Part shown: in pieces, positions 54,828 to 64,000 of the stretch | How the letters are laid out: every line of letters begins with the position of its first letter | Position numbering within the stretch: position 1 is the first letter of the stretch | Assembly (NCBI GenBank): GCA_963707985.1 | Contig: CAVPRW010000047.1 | Coordinates: forward strand, 18,382 to 82,381 | DNA from: an uncultured Nitrospinota bacterium | GTDB taxonomy: Bacteria > Tectomicrobia > Entotheonellia > J063 > CAVPRW01 | DNA length: 64,000 nucleotides | Direction of reading: 5' to 3' | Position numbers and translations under genes: made by a program | Notes under the pieces: generated by a model | The model's input: the letters and a program-made list of their open reading frames with translations, nothing else | What the model was told of the DNA's origin: nothing | Database searches by the model: none

Positions 54828-56345
54828 ATGCCTGGCTTGAGAGGAGCTTGGCGACAGTGGAAATGGCGCGGGGGGCTGATGCTGACGACCGTTGCAGGGG
54901 TGCTGACGTTGTTGACTGCCTGTGCGGTCGGCCCAGATTACGTGCGACCAAAGGTGATGGTCCCCGTGGCTTACAAGGAAACGAACGGCTGGAAAGTGGC
55001 TCAGCCGCTAGACGAAGGCGTCGGGGTTCTGTGGTGGGAAGTCTTTGCCGATTCCCAACTGCATGCGCTCGAAGCTCAAGTCGAGGTCTCGAACCAGAAC
55101 ATCGCCGTGGCGGAAGCACAATTCCGACAAGCACGCGCTCTGGTACGGGAGGCGCGGGCGAGCTATTTCCCGACGGTGACGGTCGGTGCGGGTGTGATAC
55201 GCTCCCGAGAGGCCCCACTGGCGACCGGCCGAAGCACAATGGAGGGCACTACGACCAACTACTTGCTGCCCATCGACCTGTCATGGGAGTTGGATGTCTG
55301 GGGCCGCATCCGCCGCACCGTGGAATCCAACCAGGCCAGCGCCCAGGCAAGCGCGGCCGATCTTGCAGCGAGCCAACTGAGCGTCCAGGCAGAACTGGCG
55401 CAGGACTATTTTCAGCTGCGCGCTCTCGATGCGCAGAAGCAGCTGTTGGACGCGACAGTCAGTGCCTATGGCAAGGCCCTCGATCTGACCAAGAACCGGT
55501 ATGCCGGTGGCGTGGCATCCAGAGCTGACGTCGTCCAGGCGGAGACCCAGTTCAAGAGCACCCAGGCGCAAGCGATCGACCTCGGCGTACAGCGCGCCCA
55601 GTTGGAGCACGCGATCGCGACGCTCATTGGCACACCCGCGTCTGTCTTTTCTATTCCGGTTATCCCACTGACCGGCGAGCCGCCACCCATCCCCGTCGGC
55701 ATGCCGTCGGAGCTCCTCGAACGCCGACCTGACATCGCGGCCGCCGAGCGGCGTGTCGCCGCGGCAAATGCCCAGATCGGCATAGCCGAGGCTGCATTCT
55801 ATCCGACCGTGACGCTGAGCGCCTCGGGAGGCTTCGAGAGCTCGAGCCTGACTCAATGGCTATCGTGGCCGATGCACTTCTGGTCGGTTGGGCCGGCGAT
55901 CTCGGAAACGGTGTTCGATGGGGGCTTTCGGCGGGCGCAGACCGAAGCTGCGCGAGCGGCTTATGATGCGACTGTGGCGTCCTATCGCCAGACCGTACTG
56001 ACCGGCTTCCAGGAGGTGGAGGATAATTTGGCGGGACTTCGCATTCTCGCGGAAGAGGCGCGGGTGCTGGATGAAGCGGTGAAGGCCGCGCAGGAATCAG
56101 TGACGGTGACCACCAACCAGTACAAGGCCGGGACGGTGAACTACCTCAACGTCGTCACCGTCCAAGCGACGGCGTTGAGCAACGAGACAACCGCGGTCCA
56201 GATCCTTGGCCGGCGGATGACCGCCGCTGTACTGCTGGTCAAAGCCTTGGGCGGCGGTTGGAACTCCGCCAACCTGCCATCGGCTGCAGAGGTCACAACG
56301 CAGGCAGATCTCACGTCCAGTGCAGGGCTCACTGGCGCCAGGTGA
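54828..56345 (+). CDS. NodT/OprM-family outer membrane efflux lipoprotein
   Basis: LTACAVGPDY; WELDVWGRIRR; PSELLERRPDIAAAERR; KALGGGW. Confidence 0.92.
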   Translation: MPGLRGAWRQWKWRGGLMLTTVAGVLTLLTACAVGPDYVRPKVMVPVAYKETNGWKVAQPLDEGVGVLWWEVFADSQLHALEAQVEVSNQNIAVAEAQFRQARALVREARASYFPTVTVGAGVIRSREAPLATGRSTMEGTTTNYLLPIDLSWELDVWGRIRRTVESNQASAQASAADLAASQLSVQAELAQDYFQLRALDAQKQLLDATVSAYGKALDLTKNRYAGGVASRADVVQAETQFKSTQAQAIDLGVQRAQLEHAIATLIGTPASVFSIPVIPLTGEPPPIPVGMPSELLERRPDIAAAERRVAAANAQIGIAEAAFYPTVTLSASGGFESSSLTQWLSWPMHFWSVGPAISETVFDGGFRRAQTEAARAAYDATVASYRQTVLTGFQEVEDNLAGLRILAEEARVLDEAVKAAQESVTVTTNQYKAGTVNYLNVVTVQATALSNETTAVQILGRRMTAAVLLVKALGGGWNSANLPSAAEVTTQADLTSSAGLTGAR

Positions 56346-57870
56346 CATCGAACAGCCGGATAATTTCATCCCTGGCGGCCTGGTAGTGGAGGCGCTTGTT
56401 AAGGCCGAGAATTTCATGTTGGCTATACAGTGGCACCCAATAAGCCTGGCTCATAATGGCGCGTTGTGCCTGCAGCAGAGTCTCCTTGCGTAAGTTCTGG
56501 TCAAGGCTCGACCTGACCTTGTCTAAAAGAGCTTCGAGTTGTGGATCAGTACAATAGGCGAAGGGCTCGGCGCGGTGGAATAGGGGATGTAAGAGCATGT
56601 CAGCATCAAAGATCGAATAACTCCCCCAGCTCCCAAGGACGAGATCATTTAATTTTCCGGCTTGCTGATAGCTGGCAAACGTATTCACGTCGTCAAAATA
56701 CTGCGTATCGGTTTGGATCCCGACCTGGGCGAGATAACCCCTGATGGCTTCGGTCACCTGGCGCTGGCACATAATGCTGCCGCCGTACGTGTGCAGGTTC
56801 AGCCGCAGGCCGCTGGGATAACCCGCTTCAGCCAGCAGGTGCTTGGCCTTCTCCGGGTTATAGGCATAGCGTGGGGCATCTCCATCGTAGCCAAAATGCA
56901 TCGACGTGACCCCTGTGGCCGTCCTCGCCCCGATACCGCCGAGGACGTGATAGATGATACCATCCGCGTCAATGGCATGGGCAATGGCCTGACGTACCCG
57001 TATGTCTTGCAAGGCAACCTGTGAGGTGGGATCCCGCCGTAGGCAGTCGAGACCGAGGTACACCACTCGCAGAATGGGGGCCATTGAGACATAGGTCGTG
57101 CCAGACGCTTCGATCACTGGGATTTGCTCAGGGGGGACGGTGCGGATGATATCGACACCGCCAGCCAGCAACTCGGTGATCTGCGTCGCCATCTCGGGGA
57201 TGATGCGAAAGATGACGGTCTGTACCGCTGGCGGTCCCTGCCAATAGTCGGTGTTGGCCTCCAGCACGACTTGCTGGCCTTTGGTCCAGGAGACGAATTT
57301 ATATGGCCCGGTACCCACCGGTTTGTTCGCCAGTCCTCGATCACCGACCTCTTTGCCATAGGTCGCTGGGACCATTTGAAAATTGGTCAGACGTTCTGGG
57401 ACAATGGGGTGAGGTGCTTTGGTGATCAGACGCACGGTGTAATCATCGACCACGTCCACCCTGGCGATCCAGGCGATGTTGCCACGTTGGGGTGATTTCT
57501 GCTCCGGATTCAGGACACGCTCGAAATTGTATTTCACCGTTGCTGCATTAAACGGCTCTCCATTATGAAACTTCACCCCATGCCGGAGCTTGAGCTCCCA
57601 GGTCAGCTCGTCGACCAGCCGCCACGACTCTGCCAGATGTGGCACGGGCTTCATGGTCGTCGGATCGCGCGAGATGAGACTGTCAAAGAGCTGCCAGCCG
57701 ACGATCAGCATCCCACGAATATTGTGCATATGCGGGTCCAGGGCAGGGACATCGGCACCCAAGGCCACCACCACCTGTCCCTTGGGTATCCTCAGCGCCT
57801 CCGCCGTGGACAAGGGCAGCACCGAAATCACCAGCATAAACGAGAGTATCTTGAGCCACTGCGTCAGCAT
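56329..57870 (-). CDS. Family 5 ABC substrate-binding protein (peptide/nickel type)
   Basis: PHLAESW; LRHGVKFHNGEPF; PVGTGPYKF; RVRQAIAHAID. Confidence 0.9.
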   Translation of the reverse strand: MLTQWLKILSFMLVISVLPLSTAEALRIPKGQVVVALGADVPALDPHMHNIRGMLIVGWQLFDSLISRDPTTMKPVPHLAESWRLVDELTWELKLRHGVKFHNGEPFNAATVKYNFERVLNPEQKSPQRGNIAWIARVDVVDDYTVRLITKAPHPIVPERLTNFQMVPATYGKEVGDRGLANKPVGTGPYKFVSWTKGQQVVLEANTDYWQGPPAVQTVIFRIIPEMATQITELLAGGVDIIRTVPPEQIPVIEASGTTYVSMAPILRVVYLGLDCLRRDPTSQVALQDIRVRQAIAHAIDADGIIYHVLGGIGARTATGVTSMHFGYDGDAPRYAYNPEKAKHLLAEAGYPSGLRLNLHTYGGSIMCQRQVTEAIRGYLAQVGIQTDTQYFDDVNTFASYQQAGKLNDLVLGSWGSYSIFDADMLLHPLFHRAEPFAYCTDPQLEALLDKVRSSLDQNLRKETLLQAQRAIMSQAYWVPLYSQHEILGLNKRLHYQAARDEIIRLFDVTWRQ

Positions 57871-57959
57871 GGATCTCCTTCCGAATCCCCTCCCGATTTC
57901 TACCACGATTTCGACGACTGTGCGCCTGGGAGAGATGCAGATTGGGCCTGAGGCACTCA

Positions 57960-58928
57960 TCACACAACACGATTTTGTATGCGTCCGGCGAGGCACGCCC
58001 CGACGTTGGCAGCACACAGATGCAGCCCATTCATCAAGGCCTCGGGCGTGGTGCCGGCGGTATGAGGTGAGAGGACGATATTGGGCAGGGTGAGAAGCGG
58101 ATCGTGGGGGTCAATTGGTTCCGGCTCGAACACGTCGAGCCCAGCGCCGGCGATCGTCCCATCCCGCAACGCCTCATAGAGAGCCTTCTGATCGACCAAC
58201 TGGCCGCGGGCAGTATTGATGAGCAACGCCGTCGGCTTCATCAGCGCCAGCTCTTTGGCGCCAATCAGACGCTCCGTTGCGGAGGAATAGCGCAGATGCA
58301 GCGAGACGACATCGGCCTGCCGCAGGACATCGGCCATTGCCTCCAGATAGCGCAAGCCGACGGCTTCGGCCTTCGCAGGATCAGGGTGATAGGTCCAGGC
58401 AATGACCGACATGCCGATGCCCTTCCCTAATTGCGCCATACGTAAGCCAATGACGCCGGTGCCGAGGATCCCTAGGGTCTTCCCGGCCAACTGCGTCAGC
58501 ATACCGCGCACCCACTCACCCCGTTTTACCTGAGCATCGAGGAACGGGACTTTGCGCGCGACAGCCAACATCAGGGCCAACCCCTGTTCTGCGACGGAGT
58601 CGGTGGCGGTGTTCGGGGTATTGGTGACGACGATCCCTAGAGCTTTGGCCGCCGGGAGATCGACGTTATCCGTGCCCGTTCCCCAGACCGCCAGATGTTT
58701 GAGGTCGGAGCAGGCCCTGAGCACCTCAGCGGTAAATTTGCAGTAGGCACGGATGTTCACCACTGTATGGGCGTCGTGAATGCGTGCGATGAGCTCTGCC
58801 TGGGTGTCGGGACGTGAGGTGTAAATGGCTACATCACCATACGCCTGGAGGCTTGCTAAGGCTGGCGTACCTGAAATCACCGGCGGAAAGTCGTCTGGAA
58901 TGACAATCTTGGCGCGTGCCTGGGACAT
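57960..58928 (-). CDS. D-2-hydroxyacid dehydrogenase (SerA-like)
   Basis: GTGTDNVD; GILGTGVIG; INTARG; LDVFEPEP; SPHTAG. Confidence 0.9.
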   Translation of the reverse strand: MSQARAKIVIPDDFPPVISGTPALASLQAYGDVAIYTSRPDTQAELIARIHDAHTVVNIRAYCKFTAEVLRACSDLKHLAVWGTGTDNVDLPAAKALGIVVTNTPNTATDSVAEQGLALMLAVARKVPFLDAQVKRGEWVRGMLTQLAGKTLGILGTGVIGLRMAQLGKGIGMSVIAWTYHPDPAKAEAVGLRYLEAMADVLRQADVVSLHLRYSSATERLIGAKELALMKPTALLINTARGQLVDQKALYEALRDGTIAGAGLDVFEPEPIDPHDPLLTLPNIVLSPHTAGTTPEALMNGLHLCAANVGACLAGRIQNRVV

Positions 58929-58938
58929 CCTCCTCTCC

Positions 58939-60093
58939 TCAGCCGAGATATTTGACTGCTAGCTCGCAATAGAGCTCGATGGATTTCAGGTAGGTGTCGA
59001 TCTCGACATACTCATTGGGTTGATGTGCCAGTTGTGGAATGCCTGGGCCAAAGATCAAGAATGGCGCCCCGCTGGCAGGCTGAAAGACGCTGGCATCCGT
59101 GGCATACCCCGGCGTGGCCTTGGGGGTTTCATGTCGGCCTTGTGCCTTGAGAATGGCCAGCGTTGTTTCGACAATTGGCGCCTGCGGATCGCTGGCCACC
59201 GGACTCCGTTCGGCGATGACACGCAGCTCATAGGTAAACTGGGGGATGGTCGCACGCAGGCCTTCCAGCGTCTGCCGTATGTCGCGCAAGACGTCCTCAT
59301 GCCTCATGCCCGGCAAGGTGCGCAGATCGATGGTCGCCGTGCAACGGTCGGGCACGACATTGGTTTTATGCCCACCGGCGATCGTGCCGACGTTCATCGT
59401 CGGCTTATCGAATAAGGGGTGCGGCTGGAAAGGCAGGGAGAGTTGAGTCAGGGCGTGCAGGGCCGTGGTCATATGCATCACCGCATTGATGCCCAGGTCG
59501 GGCATCGAGCCGTGTGCCGTCTTGCCATAGGTGGTGAGCTCGAGCCAACAGGCCCCTTTCTCGGCGATGTACACCTCAAGATTGGTCGGCTCGCCGATGA
59601 CAATGGCCCCGACACCTTGCAGACCATCAGCTTGCACCCATGATTTGGCGCCAAGCGCACCCGTCTCTTCATCAGCCACACCCGACAGAATCAGGTCCCC
59701 CTTGAGGCGCGCGCCAGCCTGCTTCAGTGCGTCGACTGCCATAACCATCGCTATTAGCCCGCTTTTCATATCGGAGGTGCCCCGACCATAGAGTCGGCCA
59801 TTCACCCGCACCCCTCCAAACGGTTCGTGCGTCCAGGGGGTATCGCCAACGGGGACCACATCAAGATGCCCGTTGAAGACGAGTGCGGGCTTCTCGCCTG
59901 TGCCGCGCAGGACCGTCACGATGTTAGCGCGATCGACGCCGAGGTCGTCCACGCGCGGGCTGAACCCCCTGCGCTCCAGTTCCGCTGCTAGCCAGTCTGC
60001 AGCTAACTTCTCATGGCCGGGAGGATTCACCGTCGGGAGCTGCACACACTCAGTCAGCAATCGAACCGCGGCATCATGATCGATAGGATACAT
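58939..60093 (-). CDS. M20 metallopeptidase (ArgE/DapE family)
   Basis: NGHLDVVP; GRGTSDMK; DEE; GEPT; AHQPNE. Confidence 0.9.
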   Translation of the reverse strand: MYPIDHDAAVRLLTECVQLPTVNPPGHEKLAADWLAAELERRGFSPRVDDLGVDRANIVTVLRGTGEKPALVFNGHLDVVPVGDTPWTHEPFGGVRVNGRLYGRGTSDMKSGLIAMVMAVDALKQAGARLKGDLILSGVADEETGALGAKSWVQADGLQGVGAIVIGEPTNLEVYIAEKGACWLELTTYGKTAHGSMPDLGINAVMHMTTALHALTQLSLPFQPHPLFDKPTMNVGTIAGGHKTNVVPDRCTATIDLRTLPGMRHEDVLRDIRQTLEGLRATIPQFTYELRVIAERSPVASDPQAPIVETTLAILKAQGRHETPKATPGYATDASVFQPASGAPFLIFGPGIPQLAHQPNEYVEIDTYLKSIELYCELAVKYLG

Positions 60094-60802
60094 ATTACTT
60101 TAGCTCCTTAGGGGGTCTCACGACACATCTCCCTGCAGATGGTACTGAAATAGTCAAGCCGTCTACGGTCGTGACTTCTGGCTCAGGAGTCTATCCCAGA
60201 AATGCGACGAAGTAAACGCCCTTGCGCTCCCTCTCATCCTGCTGCCCTCACTCGGCCTCTGTCCTGGAGGGCATAGGCGCCAGGATACGGGGAAAAACAG
60301 TCAGTGGCGCGGCCTTTGCCCCTTGTTCCCCTGGGAGAGGGCCGGGGTGAGAGGGCGAGGGAGACTGATCAGGAAGAAGGGAGGAAGGTTGATGCGCGAT
60401 GTTCTAAAGCGATTCCGCTGCCTTGGTCTTATGGATCCCACTGACCAGGAGGTGCGACCACAACGTAGACTTGCTCCATGGCTCACGGAGGGACACGGTA
60501 CGGTGGGCGGGTTCCTCACCGGCCAGGCCAGGCGTGTGGCGCCCCTGGGACAAGCACGGCAGGAGGCAAGCCGCCATGATCATGTGGACGATGCGCGTGC
60601 GAAGGCCTCACATAGGGTGGCTCTTTTTACCCGATCGACGCAAGAATATCTTGAATTGTTAAGCGCCTAGACGGTCATCTTGTGCTTCATCTTCCACCGA
60701 TCTCCTAACACGAGCATTGCTGACCTCCCCCCTTGCTGATCTTCCCCAGCGCAGCATCTCTTGCAAACATCTGCCCACTCTGGCCATATATGCGATGTGC
60801 AC

Positions 60803-60831
60803 TTGCTATATCAACAAATTGTTGATATACT
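60803..60831 (+). promoter_or_regulatory. Sigma70 promoter with a perfect palindromic operator, upstream of the lexA remnant
   Basis: TTGCTA-N17-TATACT overlapped by TATATCAACAA-A-TTGTTGATATA (60807-60829). Confidence 0.7.
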
Positions 60832-60866
60832 CAACTAGGTATGGACACGTCTGCGAAGAAAGGAGC

Positions 60867-61335
60867 ATAAGGGGGTTGAGCGCGAGCCAGGCGCAGGTGC
60901 TAGCCTTCATCTAGGCACGCATGCCCTACGTGGGTCTGGCGCTGAGCGACCACGAGATCATGGCCCATCACGGCGTCGCGGTACGGGCAGCCTACCAGCA
61001 TGTGCGGGCGTTGCAACGCAAAGGGGTCTTCTCCTCAGCCCCGCATCACCGTAGCATCCGTCTGAGACCGGAACATGTGCCACCTGCAGGCCTCCCCATT
61101 ATCGGCCGCGTCGTCGCGGGCGCACCGATGCTCACCGTGAAGCACCTCGCCCGCGACCCAAAGCCGCATCGTCTGTGGAGGTGCGGTTGAGCCCATTCGT
61201 CCTGCGTTTCAAGGGAACCAGCAGGGTGGACGCTCAGCCCCACAGGGGAGATGACGGGATCGTGCGCGCCCAGCCATGGGTTGAGCACGGGGCCGTCGGC
61301 GAGGCGGGGGTCGATGCGGAGGTGACGGTCAAGAT
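60867..61335 (+). pseudogene. lexA: Degenerate LexA repressor
   Basis: GLSASQAQVLAFI*..HEI..AAYQHVRALQRKG..RSIRL..GLPIIGRVVAGAP; second frame FVLRFKGTS..GD..IVR..EHG..TVK; ATA at the expected start, internal stop, frame change. Confidence 0.8.
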
Positions 61336-61635
61336 GAGCCTTGCATTGGCGCACCGGCCTGTGGCTGACGCCAGAGACTCAGCAGCAGGGATCTCCGCTG
61401 CTCAAGCTTCCGTCTCAGCTGCGTATATACATTGTGAGCTAAGTGATCGGCAGGGCACTGTGGCGCGAACTGCAAAAGCAGCTCAGGCGGCTGCCTGCAT
61501 GGCACGTGAGGCCGCGGAGGCCATCGATGGGGGGAACGGACTCTAGGCCTACACAAATCAAATCTGAGGGAGCGGTAGCTATGGTGGGCGCCTGAATAGA
61601 CCTCCCAGAAGCGTCCTGCCGTGGGAGTCAAGCAT

Positions 61636-62745
61636 ATGACCGAAGGAAGTATTCCGGGAAGCTCAGGCAGGCGTCAGACTCGTCCGTGGTTGTGCCCAGG
61701 GCGGCTGGGTGTTGATCATCGGAGCGCCCCTGCTTCGCATCGATCACTCCAGCGTGTTGTCAGCATCCCTCACGCTCCTGTAGGGCACAAGCCCAAGCTG
61801 CTTGATCAGGTGCGGGAGGCCATTCGGATGCGGCACTACAGCATACGGACGGAGGAAGCGTATGTCAGCTGGATCAAGCGGTTTATCCTGTTCCATGGGA
61901 AGCGCCATCCCCTGGAGATGGGCGAGGACGAGATTACGCGGTTTCTCTCGGCGTTGGCCGTGCACGGGCAGGTGAGCGCCTCGACGCAGCATCAGGCGCT
62001 CTGTGCGTTGGTCTTTCTGTACCGCCACGTCCTTGGCCAGAACCTCGGCTGGTTGGATGATGTGGTTCGGGCCAAGCGGCCGCAACGTCTCCCGGTCGTA
62101 TTGACGAGACCAGAGGTCAAAGCGCTGCTCGGTGCGCTCGAGGGCGTGCATTGGATCATGGCGAGCCTCTTATATGGTGCCGGCCTGCGCCTGCTGGAAT
62201 GCCTGCGTCTCAGAGTGAAGGATATTGACTTCGCCAGCCACCAGATTTTACTCCGTGAAGGCAAGGGCAACAAGGATCGGAGAACGATGCTGCCAGCCGC
62301 TGTGCAAGAACCGCTGACGGCGCATCTGGAACACGTGCGCCAACGGCACCAGCATGATTTGGCGCACGGCTTCGGCAGGGTCTATGTGCCGAACGCGTTG
62401 CAACGGAAGTATCCACACGCCAACAGCGAATGGGGCTGGCAGTGGGTGTTCCCGAGCTCTCAGATCAGCCTGGACCCGCGGTCCGGGGAGCACAGGCGAC
62501 ATCATCTGCACGAATCGGTGCTCCAACGAGCTGTCAAAGAGGCCGCGTGCAACATCGGGCTGACCAAGCCAGCCAACTGCCACACGCTCCGCCATTCGTT
62601 CGCCACACATCTCCTGGAAGATGGCTACGATATCCGCACCATACAGGAACTCCTCGGGCATCGGGATGTGAAGACAACGATGATTTACACCCACGTGCTG
62701 AACCGTGGTGGGCAAGGGGTCTACAGCCCCATGGACCGCCTCTGA
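61636..62745 (+). CDS. intI: Integron integrase (true start uncertain)
   Basis: [34 protein letters not shown]; integron-specific ALQRKYP...[31 protein letters not shown]. Confidence 0.95.
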   Translation: MTEGSIPGSSGRRQTRPWLCPGRLGVDHRSAPASHRSLQRVVSIPHAPVGHKPKLLDQVREAIRMRHYSIRTEEAYVSWIKRFILFHGKRHPLEMGEDEITRFLSALAVHGQVSASTQHQALCALVFLYRHVLGQNLGWLDDVVRAKRPQRLPVVLTRPEVKALLGALEGVHWIMASLLYGAGLRLLECLRLRVKDIDFASHQILLREGKGNKDRRTMLPAAVQEPLTAHLEHVRQRHQHDLAHGFGRVYVPNALQRKYPHANSEWGWQWVFPSSQISLDPRSGEHRRHHLHESVLQRAVKEAACNIGLTKPANCHTLRHSFATHLLEDGYDIRTIQELLGHRDVKTTMIYTHVLNRGGQGVYSPMDRL

Positions 62746-62775
62746 GCCGGGTAGGCGGTATGACGGTGTTAGGAT

Positions 62776-62950
62776 GTTAGACTGCACGATTCTGCAGCCT
62801 AACAGGCATCGCACATAGCTTGATAGGGATGCCTAAGGGTGCTAGAATGCAGGCGGTTTTGAGGAATGGGCGGCTGCTGGTGGCGGGTTATAGGCTGCAG
62901 GGCGCTGCAGTCTTTCACGACTCTATTCGGCAGTCTAATTGGCGTTGGAC
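62776..62950 (+). mobile_element. Putative attI site downstream of intI
   Basis: Five GCAGYCTAA-like motifs; simple site GTCTAAT-TGGC-GTTGGAC (GTTRRRY) at 62933-62950. Confidence 0.6.
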
Positions 62951-62993
62951 GACGAGGCGACCAAAAGAAGGAGACGGGAAAATTCTGAGAGGA

Positions 62994-63872
62994 ATGAAAT
63001 CAGCCATCATGGAATATCACCCGGAAGGCAAGACAGACAATCAATGGCTCGTCCAGGAGGAACAGCGTGTTTACGAATGCCGAATAGACGGCAAGATTGC
63101 ACGCAAACGTAAACAATTCCGACTGATCGACGCTTTCGCCGGGGCCGGGGGCATGACCCTCGGCTTCTCCAAGAAGTTCGGTCATGCATTCGATCCGGTG
63201 TGGGCCAATGATTTCAACGACGACTGCGTTGAAACCTACAACGCCAACTTCGGCAGGCATTGTCTTTCCGGCGACATTATAGACATCCTGAATGATCCAT
63301 CAGTCAAGATCCCAGATGCCGATGTGGTAATCGGCGGACCACCGTGCCAGGGGTTTAGCCTCCTGAATAAGGATCGCGAAGGGGATCCGCGCAAACAGCT
63401 CTGGCGTCCCTATTTTACGATTGTCGAACGGTCCGGGGCAAAAGTTTTTGTCATGGAGAACGTCCCGCAGCTCTTAGGATCGTTCGAGCACGGCGAGATC
63501 ATGGGTACAGCCGAAGCGATGGGTTTCAAGGTATGGGGAGACGTGTTATGCGCGGCCGATTACGGCGTGCCTCAAACGCGACGCCGAGCATTCATCATTG
63601 GGTGCAGAGATTTTGATCCGGCACGTGTTTTCCCGCCGCGCAGGACACACTTCGACCCGTCGAAGGGCGGCGCCCAGATTTCTTTTCTGGAAGCCGATGG
63701 AAACGGTTATTTACCCGGTGCCCTGAGATGGCGCACAGTCCGCGACGCCATTGCTGACTTACCGCCGCCTGTCGGTACCGAGATCCGCGACGATTCGCCG
63801 CCGCTGGACCTGCAGTTTGGAAGACCCTCGGACAATCGTAATCCTTCAAATTCTTTGGTGGTGACAGCATGA
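62994..63872 (+). pseudogene. C5-cytosine DNA methyltransferase apparently lacking the TRD and motifs IX-X
   Basis: FAGAGG (I), GPPCQGFS (IV), ENV (VI), QTRRRAF (VIII); ends soon after DLQFGR. Confidence 0.8.
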
Positions 63873-64000
63873 AACGTGTCACAGAGGAATCACGCTATGG
63901 AGCATTATGGAGCAGAGAAGAATTGATCTTGGCGTTTGAGCTTTACTGCAGGATTCCGTTCCAAAAAACCAAAGCCAACAATCCGGCTGTAAAAGACCTT
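63869..64000 (+). CDS. N-terminus of a putative HNH restriction endonuclease (runs off the window)
   Basis: ATGA overlap with the upstream stop; MKRVTEESRYGALWSREELILAFELYCRIPF...NPAV. Confidence 0.65.
   Translation, partial: MKRVTEESRYGALWSREELILAFELYCRIPFQKTKANNPAVKDL

Noticed and set aside
60392..60670. Possible C-terminal remnant of a Y-family (DinB/ImuB) polymerase beside lexA
   Set aside because: The resemblance is vague and no diagnostic motif is present; needs an HMM search
1..64000. CRISPR array, tRNA or rRNA genes
   Set aside because: No regularly spaced direct repeats or recognisable RNA gene signatures seen by eye; not a computed search

Overview
GC-rich bacterial chromosomal window. 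The N-terminus of the adenylate-cyclase/AAA/TPR gene resembles families expanded in Ca. Tectomicrobia/Entotheonella, but this is an inference only. Ordinary blocks: HAD hydrolase-sppA, D-aminoacylase, LLM oxidoreductase, S9 peptidase, an MlaE/F/D-PqiC operon, a family-B DNA polymerase, two sigma54 two-component systems with small secreted proteins and an MdtABC-OMF pump, and peptide/amino-acid catabolic genes. There are two accessory zones. Zone 1 (~10.8-24 kb) is a decayed BREX-2/Pgl locus (pglW 5' and pglX 3' remnants) filled with IS remnants, TA genes and cargo. It contains a candidate selenoprotein split across two called ORFs (DUF1573-like, TS-U-PC-T, in-frame TGA with a SECIS-like hairpin 11 nt downstream), an IS6-type MITE, an IS3, and an integrase-less integron-cassette segment whose attC site is interrupted by a truncated class C group II intron. 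Zone 2 (~60.3-64 kb) has a lexA pseudogene with a perfect palindromic operator, an intact integron integrase with an attI-like site at its 3' end, and a truncated C5-methyltransferase followed by an HNH-type gene. All nine frameshifts I mapped at base level are +1 insertions, so several may be sequencing or assembly errors. Start codons were adjusted by eye where an RBS or signal peptide supports it.
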